A stretch of DNA of 64,000 nt from Candidatus Nanohaloarchaea archaeon (GCA_014297435.1 JACOQA010000002.1:64001-128000), one strand, 5' to 3'; positions 1 to 10,446 are shown, counted from the first letter of the stretch. The notes: generated from the sequence alone by a model not told the origin. Translations and numbers: made by a program.

Positions 1-12
1 CTGAAGAGTGAA

Positions 13-612
13 ATGGACGACGAGGCATGGAGGTTTGCCTATGAGTCAGGTCCAAAAATTATAGAGGAACTGATAGATATCGCGCACCATGAAGAACGTC
101 CTGACAAAGTTAAGCCCAGAACCCTACTTTCAAACGTCGGTAACTGGCAAGAATACGAGAGAGGTAGGTTCGACCAGTTGATCAACGCACTTGAAGAAAA
201 GAATGCTTTATCAACCGACAGGAAAGGTTACGTAGAACTAGGGAAGACAAACATGAGAGAATTAGCGAGTTATGATCATTCTCTGAAGGCTTACAGACTC
301 GCAGATCACACCCGAACCAATGTAGATGCCGAAGATACTGTATTCGCACTGAGACATCATGAGGATCCAGAGGCAGTGGAGATTTACGGTCCGACCGTCC
401 TAGGGATTCTGAGGAATCCTGAACTCGAGGAAAATGAGGTCAAGATGGCTGCAAACCTGGCTTTCGAGAACGCGTTCGAGGAAGTCGATACTAGACAAAC
501 AGAATGTGCGATCGATTTTTTCGAAGACCTGGGTGTTTTTGATAGAGCTGAAACTTCTGAGATCGATGAAGTTGTCAACGGTTTAGAAGAGTTCTACGAC
601 ATCAACCTCTAA
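13..612 (+). CDS. Hypothetical acidic protein, probably 5'-truncated by the window edge
   Basis: Frame is open from position 1 through the ATG at 13; acidic composition like neighbours; no motif recognised. Confidence 0.7.
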   Translation: MDDEAWRFAYESGPKIIEELIDIAHHEERPDKVKPRTLLSNVGNWQEYERGRFDQLINALEEKNALSTDRKGYVELGKTNMRELASYDHSLKAYRLADHTRTNVDAEDTVFALRHHEDPEAVEIYGPTVLGILRNPELEENEVKMAANLAFENAFEEVDTRQTECAIDFFEDLGVFDRAETSEIDEVVNGLEEFYDINL

Positions 613-621
613 ACCAAGTAT

Positions 622-1830
622 TTATTCGTACCTTAATGCTTCCGCCGGTTCTAGCTTGGCTGCTCTTCTCGCAGGTAAAACCCCTGAAACAGTTCCAATA
701 ATGAATGAGAAAACTAGGGAACCTAGCAAAAGTTCAGGACCTAGGTAAGGGTTTATCGGTATGTTAACTGCCTGTGTCGCACCCCAGGAAGCTAGTGAGG
801 AGAGCGAGGCACCTACCAGAACCCCTACACCTCCCCCGATCAAACCGAGCACTCCTGATTCGAGTATAAAGAGAAGCATAACCTGCCGGTTTGTGGCGCC
901 TATAGCCTTCATAACGCCAATTTCACGTGTTCTCTGGGTTACCGCCGTATACATCGTATTCATTATACCGACTGCGCCTACAAGAAGAGAGATTGAAGCT
1001 ATTCCTATTACAACACCTCTTACAACGTTCAGTATGCTTGTGAAAGATGAAATCAGGTCTTCCTGGGTTGAAACAGTGAATCTCTCGTTGCCTTCCTCAA
1101 CGTTTCTTCTCTGCCTTAAAGCCTCTTCAACCTCCTCTTTGGCTTCTTCGGCTTCAAATCCATCTTGAATCCTTGCAAAAATCCAGTCGTACGTATCTTC
1201 TTCGGCTTCAAGCAGTTCTCTTGCGTTTTCTATAGGCAGTTGGACTGCGCCATCGATAGAGGGATCGCCTGTTGGCTTCAGTATACCCGCCACCCTGTAA
1301 GTCTTGTTCCTGACCTCTAACTGAGATCTTATACCTATATCAGTATTGAACTTATCAGAGATCGCGCTGCCGATAACTATGCTCGATGTGTCGGTAGGTC
1401 TTAGTTCTCTTCCTTCACCGACCTCCATCGCCCAACTTGTCTCAACTATCTGTTTCGCCTCGCCCATAGGAATACCTAAAACCACAACAAATTCTTTGTT
1501 ATCATCGTAACTGATCTGCGCTGTCTTGAATAATGCGCCTCCAGCCTCATCAACCGATTTTACATTCTTTATAGCCTGGAGATCCTCATCGGTTAAAGTA
1601 GAGCCCGAGGCTGTGTTCCCCTGGGTCTGATCTCCGCCAGGGTTGATGAAAAGTTTGTTGCTACCTATAGACTCGAACTCCTTCTCAACAGAATCCTCTA
1701 ACCCCTGACCCAGAGAGACCAGAGAAACAACAGCAGCTATACCTATGAAGATTCCTATGACGGTGAGCCAGGATCTTCTCTTCCTGTGGAGTAGGTTCCT
1801 AACTGCCAAAGTAAAGAAGTCGTTTATCAT
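622..1830 (-). CDS. MacB/FtsX-family ABC transporter permease
   Basis: RSWLTVIGIFIGIAAVV first helix, large extracellular loop, GIMNTMYTAVTQRTREIGVMKAIGA and C-terminal PARRAAKLEPAEALRYE. Confidence 0.93.
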   Translation of the reverse strand: MINDFFTLAVRNLLHRKRRSWLTVIGIFIGIAAVVSLVSLGQGLEDSVEKEFESIGSNKLFINPGGDQTQGNTASGSTLTDEDLQAIKNVKSVDEAGGALFKTAQISYDDNKEFVVVLGIPMGEAKQIVETSWAMEVGEGRELRPTDTSSIVIGSAISDKFNTDIGIRSQLEVRNKTYRVAGILKPTGDPSIDGAVQLPIENARELLEAEEDTYDWIFARIQDGFEAEEAKEEVEEALRQRRNVEEGNERFTVSTQEDLISSFTSILNVVRGVVIGIASISLLVGAVGIMNTMYTAVTQRTREIGVMKAIGATNRQVMLLFILESGVLGLIGGGVGVLVGASLSSLASWGATQAVNIPINPYLGPELLLGSLVFSFIIGTVSGVLPARRAAKLEPAEALRYE

Positions 1831-3023
1831 CCGTGTCGTATCGCCTCCGCCGGTTCAAGCCTAGAAGCTTTCAAAGCAGGCAAAACACCTGAAACCATAC
1901 CCACAATGAAAGAGAAGAAGAGAGACCCTAAGATCAGTTCTAGACCTACGTAGGCTGTAATCCCTATGCCTAGCTGCGAGCTAATGACTGATGTTGCCGC
2001 CCAGCTAAGCCCTATGCCTATCGTGGCGCCCATAGCACCTCCAACCAACCCTATTGCACCAGATTCGATTAGGAAGAGCGTAAGGATCTGTCTTTTGGTA
2101 GCTCCGATCGCCTTCATAACACCTATCTCACGGGTTCTTTCAGTAACCGACGTGTACATAGTGTTCATTATTCCTACAGCACCGACAAGCAAAGAAATAG
2201 AACCTATACCAAGTAGTACGCCTCTGACTATACTTAACTGGTTGTTCAATGATCTTATCAGGTCTTCAGCAGTATTTGTAGTAAAATCTTCTTCACCTTC
2301 TTCAAGATCTCTTTCATTCCTAAGGTTTTTCTCAATATCCTCCTCAACTTCAGAAGGCGTATAACCCTCTTGAACCTTTACATTTATCGAACCGAAACTT
2401 TCAGGTCTATCTAAAAGCTCTCGTGCCTCCTCCATAGCCATAACTATGCCAGAGTCAACATTACGGTTACTAGAAGACTTACTTACACCAACAACTCTGT
2501 AATCATTTCCATTTATTTCTATTCTGGATCTAGGCTCCAGGTCTTGATCTTCCGCAATACTCTGACCTACAACCACGCCAGAACTGCCCGTAGATCTCAG
2601 ATATCTGCCTTCAGACACCCCTATATCCAATGTCTGCTTCATCAAATCTGAATCAGGATCTACACCGAAAATCTGACGGAAAGATGTCTCATCATCAATC
2701 TCAACAATTAAAGAGCCTGAAACCCTCCCCTCAACAATATCAACACCTCGAGTTCTCCTAATAGTTTCTATATCGTCTTCATCAAGTTTGGCGGCTGTAC
2801 CCGAAAATCTTTCTGCCACACTCCCGCCCCCGGGAGAAACATATACTTTATCGGCACCTATGTCCTTAAATTCATCTTCTATAGAGGTCTGGAGACCCTG
2901 ACCTATCGAAATAAGTGATACAACAGCCATTATCCCTATCAGGGTGCCGATTATTGTAAGCCAGGATCTCTTGTCCCTGTGCCTGATGTTCCTGTAAGCC
3001 AGTTTCAGGAAGTCAAGCAGCAT
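1827..3023 (-). CDS. MacB/FtsX-family ABC transporter permease (paralogue of 622-1830)
   Basis: Same motifs (RSWLTIIG; SVTERTREIGVMKAIGA); 4-nt overlap with the downstream paralogue. Confidence 0.93.
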   Translation of the reverse strand: MLLDFLKLAYRNIRHRDKRSWLTIIGTLIGIMAVVSLISIGQGLQTSIEDEFKDIGADKVYVSPGGGSVAERFSGTAAKLDEDDIETIRRTRGVDIVEGRVSGSLIVEIDDETSFRQIFGVDPDSDLMKQTLDIGVSEGRYLRSTGSSGVVVGQSIAEDQDLEPRSRIEINGNDYRVVGVSKSSSNRNVDSGIVMAMEEARELLDRPESFGSINVKVQEGYTPSEVEEDIEKNLRNERDLEEGEEDFTTNTAEDLIRSLNNQLSIVRGVLLGIGSISLLVGAVGIMNTMYTSVTERTREIGVMKAIGATKRQILTLFLIESGAIGLVGGAMGATIGIGLSWAATSVISSQLGIGITAYVGLELILGSLFFSFIVGMVSGVLPALKASRLEPAEAIRHG

Positions 3024-4207
3024 TATCTCTCTCGTCTCTTCCTCCAGTAGTAGATACCGCCGACAGCCAACAAAACAACCACGATCAACGGCATAATACT
3101 TCCGCTGCTTGTTAATCCGTATCTTTCAAGCTCCTTAGAAGTGTAAAGCTTGGCGTCGACCGTCTGTGTCTCGGATTTCTGGGAATCAGACTTGTAACCA
3201 ATTTCTACAGGTATCTGAAGGTTTTCCGCTTCTCCAGAAGCGTGAAGTCTGAGCTCGACTGTCTGGTAGTCATCAGGATCCATCTCCCCTATGTACTCAG
3301 AACTTGATGAAAGCAGTTCGAAGCTTTCTGACTCTTGGACCTCCAAGTCAACGAAGTCGGCTGATCCTTCCCCGCTGTTAATCAGTCTTAAGGTGACTGT
3401 TCCTGTCGAACCGGGTGTAAGTGTTCCGGCATCGTTGACCCCTAGCTTGAGATCAGGTTCTCCGCCTACAACTAAAGCAGTAGTGGAGTCAACTGAGAAA
3501 GATGTTCCTGCCTCGTTCTCATATTCAAGACCTAGAGGAAGTTTGAAGACACCGTTCTCAGCTGATTCGTCTACGTTAAGCTGGAAGGAGACGTTTCTGG
3601 ATTTTCCTGGCTCGATCTTCCTCAGATTAGCTATGTTTGAGTCGGAGGCAGCTGCTGGAACCTGTTCGGACCCTAGCTTGACCTCTATATTTTTGATCTG
3701 TGAATCAGCCATGTTTTCAAGTTTTACAGTCATAGTTTCTGAGGCGCCCGGCGCCACTTTGTCCGGAAACTCTACGTTCGAGATTGAGAGGATCGAGCTG
3801 TCGGTTCTAATCTCTACAGGCACTTTTTTCTCTAATTCAATGTTTTCTGAGCCTACTGTTGTCTTGAACTCGAGCATGTTTTCGCCGTGCACCGCGTTCT
3901 CATCCACTTTAGCTTCTAAATGTATCTGGCTTGACTCTCCTGGAACCAGTTCGCCTAAGCTCCAGGAAGTTTTGTCATCAGGGTCAACTGAGAAAGGATA
4001 GTTTTCGAGGAACCGGATTTCTACATCATTTGCGGCTGTCGATCCAGTGTTCCTTACTTCGAGCCATATGTCGGCGTATTCGGATGACTGGAGCGGCGTG
4101 GGCTCCAGAGTCTTTTTCGTGATTTCTATTTGGTTTGAAGATTGTGCGGCTGCGATACCTGTAAGCATCAGCAGCGAAACTGTTAGTGCTAGTGTTTTAG
4201 TTTTCAT
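3023..4207 (-). CDS. Exported COG1361/S-layer-domain (Ig/CARDB-like) protein with C-terminal membrane anchor
   Basis: Signal peptide, repeated beta-rich units (VRNTG..A.DV; LINSGEGSA), hydrophobic helix followed by RKRRER; lies inside the ABC operon. Confidence 0.75.
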   Translation of the reverse strand: MKTKTLALTVSLLMLTGIAAAQSSNQIEITKKTLEPTPLQSSEYADIWLEVRNTGSTAANDVEIRFLENYPFSVDPDDKTSWSLGELVPGESSQIHLEAKVDENAVHGENMLEFKTTVGSENIELEKKVPVEIRTDSSILSISNVEFPDKVAPGASETMTVKLENMADSQIKNIEVKLGSEQVPAAASDSNIANLRKIEPGKSRNVSFQLNVDESAENGVFKLPLGLEYENEAGTSFSVDSTTALVVGGEPDLKLGVNDAGTLTPGSTGTVTLRLINSGEGSADFVDLEVQESESFELLSSSSEYIGEMDPDDYQTVELRLHASGEAENLQIPVEIGYKSDSQKSETQTVDAKLYTSKELERYGLTSSGSIMPLIVVVLLAVGGIYYWRKRRER

Positions 4208-4922
4208 CGTCTTTCTCCTTGTTCTTCAGTTTTTCCTGGTTCTCAAGGTCTTCATCAGGATTTGTTTTTCCGTCAACTATTCTTACGATTCTATCAGCGT
4301 ACTCAGCATCGTTTGGATCGTGTGTAACCATTATTATAGTCTTACCTTCATCGTTAAGCTCTGTCAAAAGATCCATGATCTTGGATCCTGTCTCTGTATC
4401 GAGGTTTCCTGTAGGCTCGTCCGCCAGAATTATATCGGGATTGTTCGCGAGGCTTCTGGCTATTGAAACTCTCTGGCGTTGACCTCCTGAAAGCTCTGAA
4501 GGTCTAAAAGTTTTTCTGTCACCCAGACCTACTTCTTCAAGTAGTTCATCGGCTCTCTCAACCCTTTTCTTCTTCGGAGTGTTCCTGAAGATCATGGGCA
4601 GGGCAACGTTTTGGCGTGCGTTCATAGAGTTAATCAAGTTGAATTCCTGGAAGATAAAGCCGATTTTCTTGCTTCTCAGAAGCGCGAGCTGGTTTTCGGA
4701 CATCTGATTGATCTCTTCACCGTCAATATTTACTTCGCCTTCACTGGGAACGTCTAGTGCACCTATCATGTTCATGAGTGTTGATTTTCCCGATCCGGAT
4801 GGACCCATTACTGCAATGAACTCTCCTTCCTCTATCTCTACGTTCGATCCTCTCAGGGCTCTTACTATTGTTTCTCCGAGCTGGTAGTTCTTCTCGACGT
4901 CCTGAAGGCTGATTATGGACAT
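4197..4922 (-). CDS. ABC transporter ATP-binding protein (LolD/MacB type)
   Basis: Walker A GPSGSGKS, signature LSGGQRQR, Walker B IILADEPTGNLD, VTHD. Confidence 0.96.
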   Translation of the reverse strand: MSIISLQDVEKNYQLGETIVRALRGSNVEIEEGEFIAVMGPSGSGKSTLMNMIGALDVPSEGEVNIDGEEINQMSENQLALLRSKKIGFIFQEFNLINSMNARQNVALPMIFRNTPKKKRVERADELLEEVGLGDRKTFRPSELSGGQRQRVSIARSLANNPDIILADEPTGNLDTETGSKIMDLLTELNDEGKTIIMVTHDPNDAEYADRIVRIVDGKTNPDEDLENQEKLKNKEKDDEN

Positions 4923-5044
4923 AGCTGTGTTCCTATAAGTTTGGTTTGTTTTCTCTGTCTTATAACTTTGAGACAGGCGTTCGATCTTAATCGAACAAAA
5001 AATGGGGTCGAGGTTATAAACGGTTGAAGCCCGAAAAAATCTGT

Positions 5045-5248
5045 ATGTCAGAGGAAGAAGAGATTGTGGATGAGCTTGAGCACGAGGTCGAGACCTTGGA
5101 TCACGAGTTTGAGGAGGTTAAGGAATCTGATGCTGAAGGGGATCTGAAGGATAAACAGGAGCGTGTGGAGGAGATCCTTTCAGAGGTTCATGAGCAACTG
5201 GATTTCTTGAAGCAGGTAAGCGAGGAAGAGCCCGTAGAAGAACAATAA
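5045..5248 (+). CDS. Small, highly acidic coiled-coil-like hypothetical protein
   Basis: ATG at 5045 lies 24 nt after TTATAAA (5014-5020); E-rich helical sequence. Confidence 0.7.
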   Translation: MSEEEEIVDELEHEVETLDHEFEEVKESDAEGDLKDKQERVEEILSEVHEQLDFLKQVSEEEPVEEQ

Positions 5249-5285
5249 TTTTAAAGATATAAACAAAAAAGCTATTGTGATACTT

Positions 5286-5705
5286 ATGAGACGCCTAGAC
5301 CGACAAGACGGCTTCGACGACCTCCGAGATCAGATGCAGAGAATGTTAAACCAGTTCCAAAACTTGGGTAAACAGGCAGGAGTCACAGGAGTACCAGTTG
5401 ACATGAGAGAGGAAGACAACGAAATAGTTCTAACCGCCGATATACCAGGCGTTACAAAGGACGATATCAATATCAAGACCGACGAAAATAGGCTTGAAAT
5501 CACAGCTGAAGCAAAGCAGGAGATTAAAGAGGAGAACGAGAAATACATCAGGAAGGAAAGAAGTTCGAGAAAGTTCTCAAGAAAGATTAGTTGGCCCACC
5601 AAGATAGATCCCGAATCAATAAAGGCTAAGTACGATGAAGGCGTTCTAACTGTTAGGGCTGAGAAAGAGGGGGACAGCGACGACTGGAACGTGGAGATCG
5701 AGTAA
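5286..5705 (+). CDS. Small heat-shock protein (Hsp20/alpha-crystallin)
   Basis: PVDMREEDNEIVLTADIPGVTKDDI and AKYDEGVLTV motifs. Confidence 0.93.
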   Translation: MRRLDRQDGFDDLRDQMQRMLNQFQNLGKQAGVTGVPVDMREEDNEIVLTADIPGVTKDDINIKTDENRLEITAEAKQEIKEENEKYIRKERSSRKFSRKISWPTKIDPESIKAKYDEGVLTVRAEKEGDSDDWNVEIE

Positions 5706-6347
5706 CTAGACCTCTTCTAGGAGGTCCTCGCCCCCACCAAACATTCTTCCTTTGAATAGATTTTCATCAATCAATTCAACCATTTCCGACCCCTTAGCTC
5801 TTTCATAGGCTTCCTCCGTACACATGTAGCCTCCGTTCTCCGAGTAGTATGGAAGATCGTCAAGAATTATGGGTTCGTTTACAACATCGTTCCATGCCTC
5901 GACCTGAGGCGAGTAAGGGACCGAAATACCTGTATTAGCTTCTATATTGTCCAGAAGCCTTTTCATGTATTTATTCTGCTTCTCTGCTTTTCTTATAGGA
6001 TTAAAAGTCTCTTCGCTTTGTTCCCTTTCTTCTCGAGAAGGTATACGTCCGGGACTTTTCAGCTCTATCTTTGTTAGCTCTCCGGTAGGCACGTGTAGCT
6101 TTCCTGCATCTAGATCTCCTGCCCATCCTCTGCCTTCGGGTCCTGCCCCTACCTTAGATGCTATCTCGGGATCAACGTTAGAAGGAGTGTGATAGTATTC
6201 TTTGTCAACGAAATAGATTGTGTCATCCCTAAGACCGTCTTTAACCCATTCCTCGACCTTGAAGTCACACAGAACATCGTGCCTCAGTCTTCCTTCTTCG
6301 TAATTGGCGCCAGAATCGACAAATAGCTCAGGCTTCAACTCGACCAC
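5706..6347 (-). CDS. Hypothetical protein with a possible PD-(D/E)xK nuclease-like motif
   Basis: GDLD...KIELKS...KAEKQ arrangement; start codon uncertain. Confidence 0.5.
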   Translation of the reverse strand: MVELKPELFVDSGANYEEGRLRHDVLCDFKVEEWVKDGLRDDTIYFVDKEYYHTPSNVDPEIASKVGAGPEGRGWAGDLDAGKLHVPTGELTKIELKSPGRIPSREEREQSEETFNPIRKAEKQNKYMKRLLDNIEANTGISVPYSPQVEAWNDVVNEPIILDDLPYYSENGGYMCTEEAYERAKGSEMVELIDENLFKGRMFGGGEDLLEEV

Positions 6348-6404
6348 TTCTAAGGTCTTCCTGAGCTTTTGAAACCATCCTATATACTACAGCAAATGTG
6401 TTAT

Positions 6405-6830
6405 TTAATACTCTTTCGATTCAACTTGTTCCAGCTCATCAAAAGACGACGCAAGAACAGGTTCTATACCCGAGAAAACCTCATTATCAGGCGTATCAGA
6501 ACTAAAGAAATAATCCTCCGATAACTCATCATAGTCCCCTATTCTGGCGTTATCCGCGTTCGAAATGTACAACCGTGGATTGAAAACCTCCTCACTTAGA
6601 AGCACACCGGTAGACCTCAGGACGTCGACAACCTCGGACCTATCAACTTCGGCAGACTTGTCGTAAAACCAGCCTGCCTCAACCTTGTACGCATCATGAT
6701 CATACTTCAGAATATCTGCTTTTGAACCATTCGCAAGCCAGACGTCGCGTGTAATCAGGTCAAAAGAGCTTTCACCAAGCTCGGAAATTTCTCTCTCAAA
6801 CCTCCAATCCCGAACTTCTTGCCACAACAT
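6405..6830 (-). CDS. Hypothetical acidic protein
   Basis: 141-aa acidic ORF co-oriented with rtcA; no motif recognised. Confidence 0.6.
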   Translation of the reverse strand: MLWQEVRDWRFEREISELGESSFDLITRDVWLANGSKADILKYDHDAYKVEAGWFYDKSAEVDRSEVVDVLRSTGVLLSEEVFNPRLYISNADNARIGDYDELSEDYFFSSDTPDNEVFSGIEPVLASSFDELEQVESKEY

Positions 6831-6845
6831 ACCTATTTATTAAAC

Positions 6846-7868
6846 CTAAATTCTTTTACCCTCAACGGCAATCAACAGATTCTCGCCTTTTTCAACCTGA
6901 AAACTTCGGTCAAACTCTTCAAGAATATCTATAGAGCTCTTCAGATGGCTTGTCATCGACCTAACTTTTATTTCTCCGCCAAAAAGACCAAGATAAAGCA
7001 TTAGCTGATCAGCCATGTGTTCATCGACCGCTGCATCAGAGGAATGAAACTTCTTAAACCCCCGAACAGCTTCATTCGCAACTTCTTCACTCCTCTTTCC
7101 CTTTTCCCCCAAAACATCAAATCCGGCTACGGAGTTCTCGTAAACAGCTTTAACCACTAAAGTAGAACCTGTGGAACTGGTTTTCCTGTAACTTACGTTT
7201 TTCTCGACAGGTTTCGACATATGCGAATTCTTCAGTATTCTTTCGGCCTCATCTGCCTGCCTGTCCGCAACATTCTGCGATTCCAGGTCCTTAGACGCTT
7301 TCGAGTAAACCTCGAACCTTTCGAGTTCACCTCTCTCCTTTAATTCTATAGGCTCGAATTCACTGCTTTCAACCGTCAAATTGGCTTCTCCGTTGCCTGA
7401 AGGATAGTAACCGGTCTTTTCCAGATCTACTGAGGCTTTTAAACCAAATTTCTCCAGTAAAGGAAGCTTAATTTGTTTCAAGTAATCAATAGGCGGAGAC
7501 CATTTCACGTCCGTACCGCCTTTCCCGGTTAAACGGAAAGACCCGGAAAACCGTGTTCCGATAGGTATTACGGTGTCAAAAAGCAAAGTGATTGATCCTG
7601 CAGTCCCTATATTTGAAGTGAAAGATTCATTTCTTAGCTCCTGAGGCTTGAACACAAGTGAATCGGAGCCTAGTTCTGCACCTTCAACCTCTGCATTAGA
7701 AAGTCTTTGGACGGCCTTAACGCACTCTAGGTGCTGGTTTTTCAGCCCCGGATTCGACCTTGAACCCCTGATATTCTCCATCCGGAAAGCCTTGTTTTCT
7801 ACCGCGGAAAGTGTTAAAGCAGTTCTCAGGACTTGGCCGCCACCGTTTTCACCGTTTATCTCGATCAT
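6846..7868 (-). CDS. rtcA: RNA 3'-terminal phosphate cyclase
   Basis: MIEINGENGGGQVLRTAL, PGLKNQHL, GGTDVKWSP, VDEHMADQL, catalytic TSH; start placed at 7868 rather than the track's 8006. Confidence 0.93.
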   Translation of the reverse strand: MIEINGENGGGQVLRTALTLSAVENKAFRMENIRGSRSNPGLKNQHLECVKAVQRLSNAEVEGAELGSDSLVFKPQELRNESFTSNIGTAGSITLLFDTVIPIGTRFSGSFRLTGKGGTDVKWSPPIDYLKQIKLPLLEKFGLKASVDLEKTGYYPSGNGEANLTVESSEFEPIELKERGELERFEVYSKASKDLESQNVADRQADEAERILKNSHMSKPVEKNVSYRKTSSTGSTLVVKAVYENSVAGFDVLGEKGKRSEEVANEAVRGFKKFHSSDAAVDEHMADQLMLYLGLFGGEIKVRSMTSHLKSSIDILEEFDRSFQVEKGENLLIAVEGKRI

Positions 7869-7911
7869 GATATAGGTTGATGGCTTAAAGCTTTGAACCA
7901 GTTTCGGTTCT

Positions 7912-8433
7912 ATGGGCGACAAGTACTTCGACCTAGACCGAGATGAGCTTCTTGAGATGCTGGATTTTCTTGAAGAGGATGTCGAAAACGTCAGAAGGGT
8001 CGCCAAATTTATCGAGGAAAAAGATATCGACGCAGAGTTCCTTTTCCATGGAAAAAGCGAGTCAGCAAAGGATTCAGCGGAGAAAACAGATCTCGACCTT
8101 GATCAGATCGTGAAGACCCTGGTTTTCAAGACAGGGAACGACTTCGTTGCGGTTCTGTGCCCGGGCGACAGCAGAGTTTCCGAGCAGAGCCTGGAGGATT
8201 TGACAGGTTCGAAGGTCAGGATGGCAAAACCTTCGGAAGTGGAAAACCATACCGGTTATATTGTCGGAGGTGTTTCACCTTTCGATCTTGATATCGATGT
8301 TTTCATGGATATCTCGATACCTGAAAAGGACTTGGTACGCCCTGCCGCGGGCTCCAGGGTTGTTGGAGTTGAGCTTGAACCAGAAGAACTTGTTAGAGCT
8401 TTAAACCCTTCAATCGAGGATATATGCAGATAG
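7912..8433 (+). CDS. YbaK/EbsC aminoacyl-tRNA deacylase family protein
   Basis: QIVKTLVF and TGYIVGGVSPF motifs. Confidence 0.9.
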   Translation: MGDKYFDLDRDELLEMLDFLEEDVENVRRVAKFIEEKDIDAEFLFHGKSESAKDSAEKTDLDLDQIVKTLVFKTGNDFVAVLCPGDSRVSEQSLEDLTGSKVRMAKPSEVENHTGYIVGGVSPFDLDIDVFMDISIPEKDLVRPAAGSRVVGVELEPEELVRALNPSIEDICR

Positions 8434-8462
8434 AAGAGTTGAGTTGTAAAGGTGGAACATAG

Positions 8463-9302
8463 ATGACCGGACGAAACCAAGTAGAAAGACAGCTGCAGGA
8501 AAGTGTGTTGGATCGCACAGGAGAACTGTGCTTCTATGCTTCAGAGGCGGAGAGAGCGCTGGACAGGTATCTTAAGACCAGAAAGCAGCCGTACGGAAGG
8601 ACAGCGCACGAAATGCTGGGGAAAACCGATGACCTGCTTTTCTACGCCGATAACCTGATGATCGAGGCAGAGGAACGAGACGGTGTGACCCTGATAGAGC
8701 CCTTCACTAGCGAACTGCCTTCGAACAGGGAGTTAAGATACATGCATGAAAGCGATGAGCTCGAAGGCGTCGTAACCCAGCTACTTGAAAGCATCAAGGA
8801 GGAATCGGAGGAACTCTATATGAAGGCTGTAAGCATTCCCTCTTACAGAGACCTAAGGAGACAGATCGATGCAGAGCAGCAGCGCGAAGAGCGGAGGGAG
8901 ATAGAGGAAGAGATGCTGGGGACGGCCCGAGAACTCAGGTTCTACAACAGCATACTTGAACACATATCCAGGACATCAAACAGCTTCAACATCGAGGCCG
9001 CGCTCGAGGAGGCCGAGAGGAACACAGAAAAAGGCTGGCAAGCCTACAAGAAGGGTATAGGACATTTCAGCGATCTTTCGGATTACAGAAGAAGGAACAA
9101 CCTAGAAGCCGGTAACAGATTCGTCAACCCGGATAAAGCAGGAAGCCCAAGCAACGCCGAGAACATAGAGAAAAGATCCGAAAGTTTCGGAGAGCAAGAA
9201 CTTTCAAGACAGATGGAAGAGTTCTTCGATACACTTAAACGGTCTGAAAACCTGATAAGCACCAACCCTCTGGACAAGCTGGATGACTCCGAAATTCTGT
9301 AG
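8463..9302 (+). CDS. Hypothetical helical protein
   Basis: 279-aa ORF, E/R-rich; AAGGTGG upstream could serve as a ribosome-binding site. Confidence 0.7.
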   Translation: MTGRNQVERQLQESVLDRTGELCFYASEAERALDRYLKTRKQPYGRTAHEMLGKTDDLLFYADNLMIEAEERDGVTLIEPFTSELPSNRELRYMHESDELEGVVTQLLESIKEESEELYMKAVSIPSYRDLRRQIDAEQQREERREIEEEMLGTARELRFYNSILEHISRTSNSFNIEAALEEAERNTEKGWQAYKKGIGHFSDLSDYRRRNNLEAGNRFVNPDKAGSPSNAENIEKRSESFGEQELSRQMEEFFDTLKRSENLISTNPLDKLDDSEIL

Positions 9303-9343
9303 AACCGCCAACAGTTTTAACCCTTAGACCCGCACAGCAAGTT

Positions 9344-10366
9344 ATGGACACCGAGGAGCGCAAACAACTGGTCCTGAGAAATACTACCGAAATCGTTACA
9401 GAAGAAGAACTTGACGAAGTTCTGGAAAAAGATAGTCCAACCACTTATGTAGGCTATGAGACCTCGGGTCCTGTACACCTCGGACACTGGGCATCCATAA
9501 GAAAACTGAACGATCTTCAAAAGGCAGGTTTCGACCTCAAAGTTCTCTTCGCAGATCTTCACACATACTTGAACAAGAAAGGCGAGGAGGAGTGGATCCA
9601 GACCATGACTGAGTACTGGGAAGCCACGTTCAAGGCCACAGGGCTTGACGCAGAGTTCGTCCGTGGCAGAGAGTTCCAGGAAGAGACAGAATACTTCCAT
9701 GACGTCCTCGAAATGTCGAAAGAAACCACGATTAACAGAGGGCAGCGTTCGATGGCGGAAGTTGCTTCAGGCGAAGAAGACAGCCAAAGCATTTCACAGA
9801 TCGTTTACCCGTTGATGCAAGCACTGGATATCGAATATCTTGATGTCGATCTATCTATGGGTGCGACCGATCAGAGAAAGATCCACATGCTAGCCAGGGA
9901 AGCACTGCCAAAAGTCGGTTACGACAAGCCGGCATGCCTGCACCACCCGCTGGTCGTGTCTCTACAGGGAACCGAGAAGATGAGTAGCTCTAAGCCAGGC
10001 ACCATGTTCCCTCTACATGCCTCCGAGGAAACAGTGAAGGAAAGGATCAAGGACGCCTACTGTCCTCAAGGCGAAATCGAGGACAACCCGGTAATCCAGA
10101 TCACACAGTTCCATATCTTCGGCGACGACGAAGAACTTGAGATAGAAAGACCGGAAGAGTACGGCGGAAACATCCACTACTCGAACCAGGAAGAGCTTGA
10201 GGAAGACTTCGAATCCGGCGAACTACACCCACAGGACCTGAAAAACTCGGTTGCCGACCACATCGCCGAGAAACTGGAACCGGTAAGGCAGAAGTTCAAA
10301 GATAATCCAGAGCTTCTGGACTGTCTGGAGGAGATCGGGCACGAGAAGCCGGATTACGTCAAATAG
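9344..10366 (+). CDS. tyrS: Tyrosine--tRNA ligase (archaeal type)
   Basis: YVGYETSGPVHLGH (HIGH), YPLMQALD, DQRKIHMLARE, KMSSS. Confidence 0.96.
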   Translation: MDTEERKQLVLRNTTEIVTEEELDEVLEKDSPTTYVGYETSGPVHLGHWASIRKLNDLQKAGFDLKVLFADLHTYLNKKGEEEWIQTMTEYWEATFKATGLDAEFVRGREFQEETEYFHDVLEMSKETTINRGQRSMAEVASGEEDSQSISQIVYPLMQALDIEYLDVDLSMGATDQRKIHMLAREALPKVGYDKPACLHHPLVVSLQGTEKMSSSKPGTMFPLHASEETVKERIKDAYCPQGEIEDNPVIQITQFHIFGDDEELEIERPEEYGGNIHYSNQEELEEDFESGELHPQDLKNSVADHIAEKLEPVRQKFKDNPELLDCLEEIGHEKPDYVK

Positions 10367-10372
10367 TCCGGT

Positions 10373-10435
10373 TTTTCTCCTATTTTTGAAAAGGGATGTT
10401 CTCCCGAGGACTCAGTTAGAAAAAATAGGAGAAAA
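10373..10435. terminator. 15-bp inverted repeat between convergent genes, probable bidirectional terminator
   Basis: TTTTCTCCTATTTTT (10373-10387) and AAAAATAGGAGAAAA (10421-10435); oligo-T tracts on both strands. Confidence 0.6.
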
Positions 10436-10446
10436 TATCGAAAATA

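Noticed and set aside
8424-8462. Possible extra GG micro-ORF MQIEELSCKGGT directly before 8463
   Set aside because: It starts inside ybaK, the TATA spacing does not fit, and AAGGTGG sits at ribosome-binding-site distance from the 8463 ATG; kept only as support for the Shine-Dalgarno-like alternative
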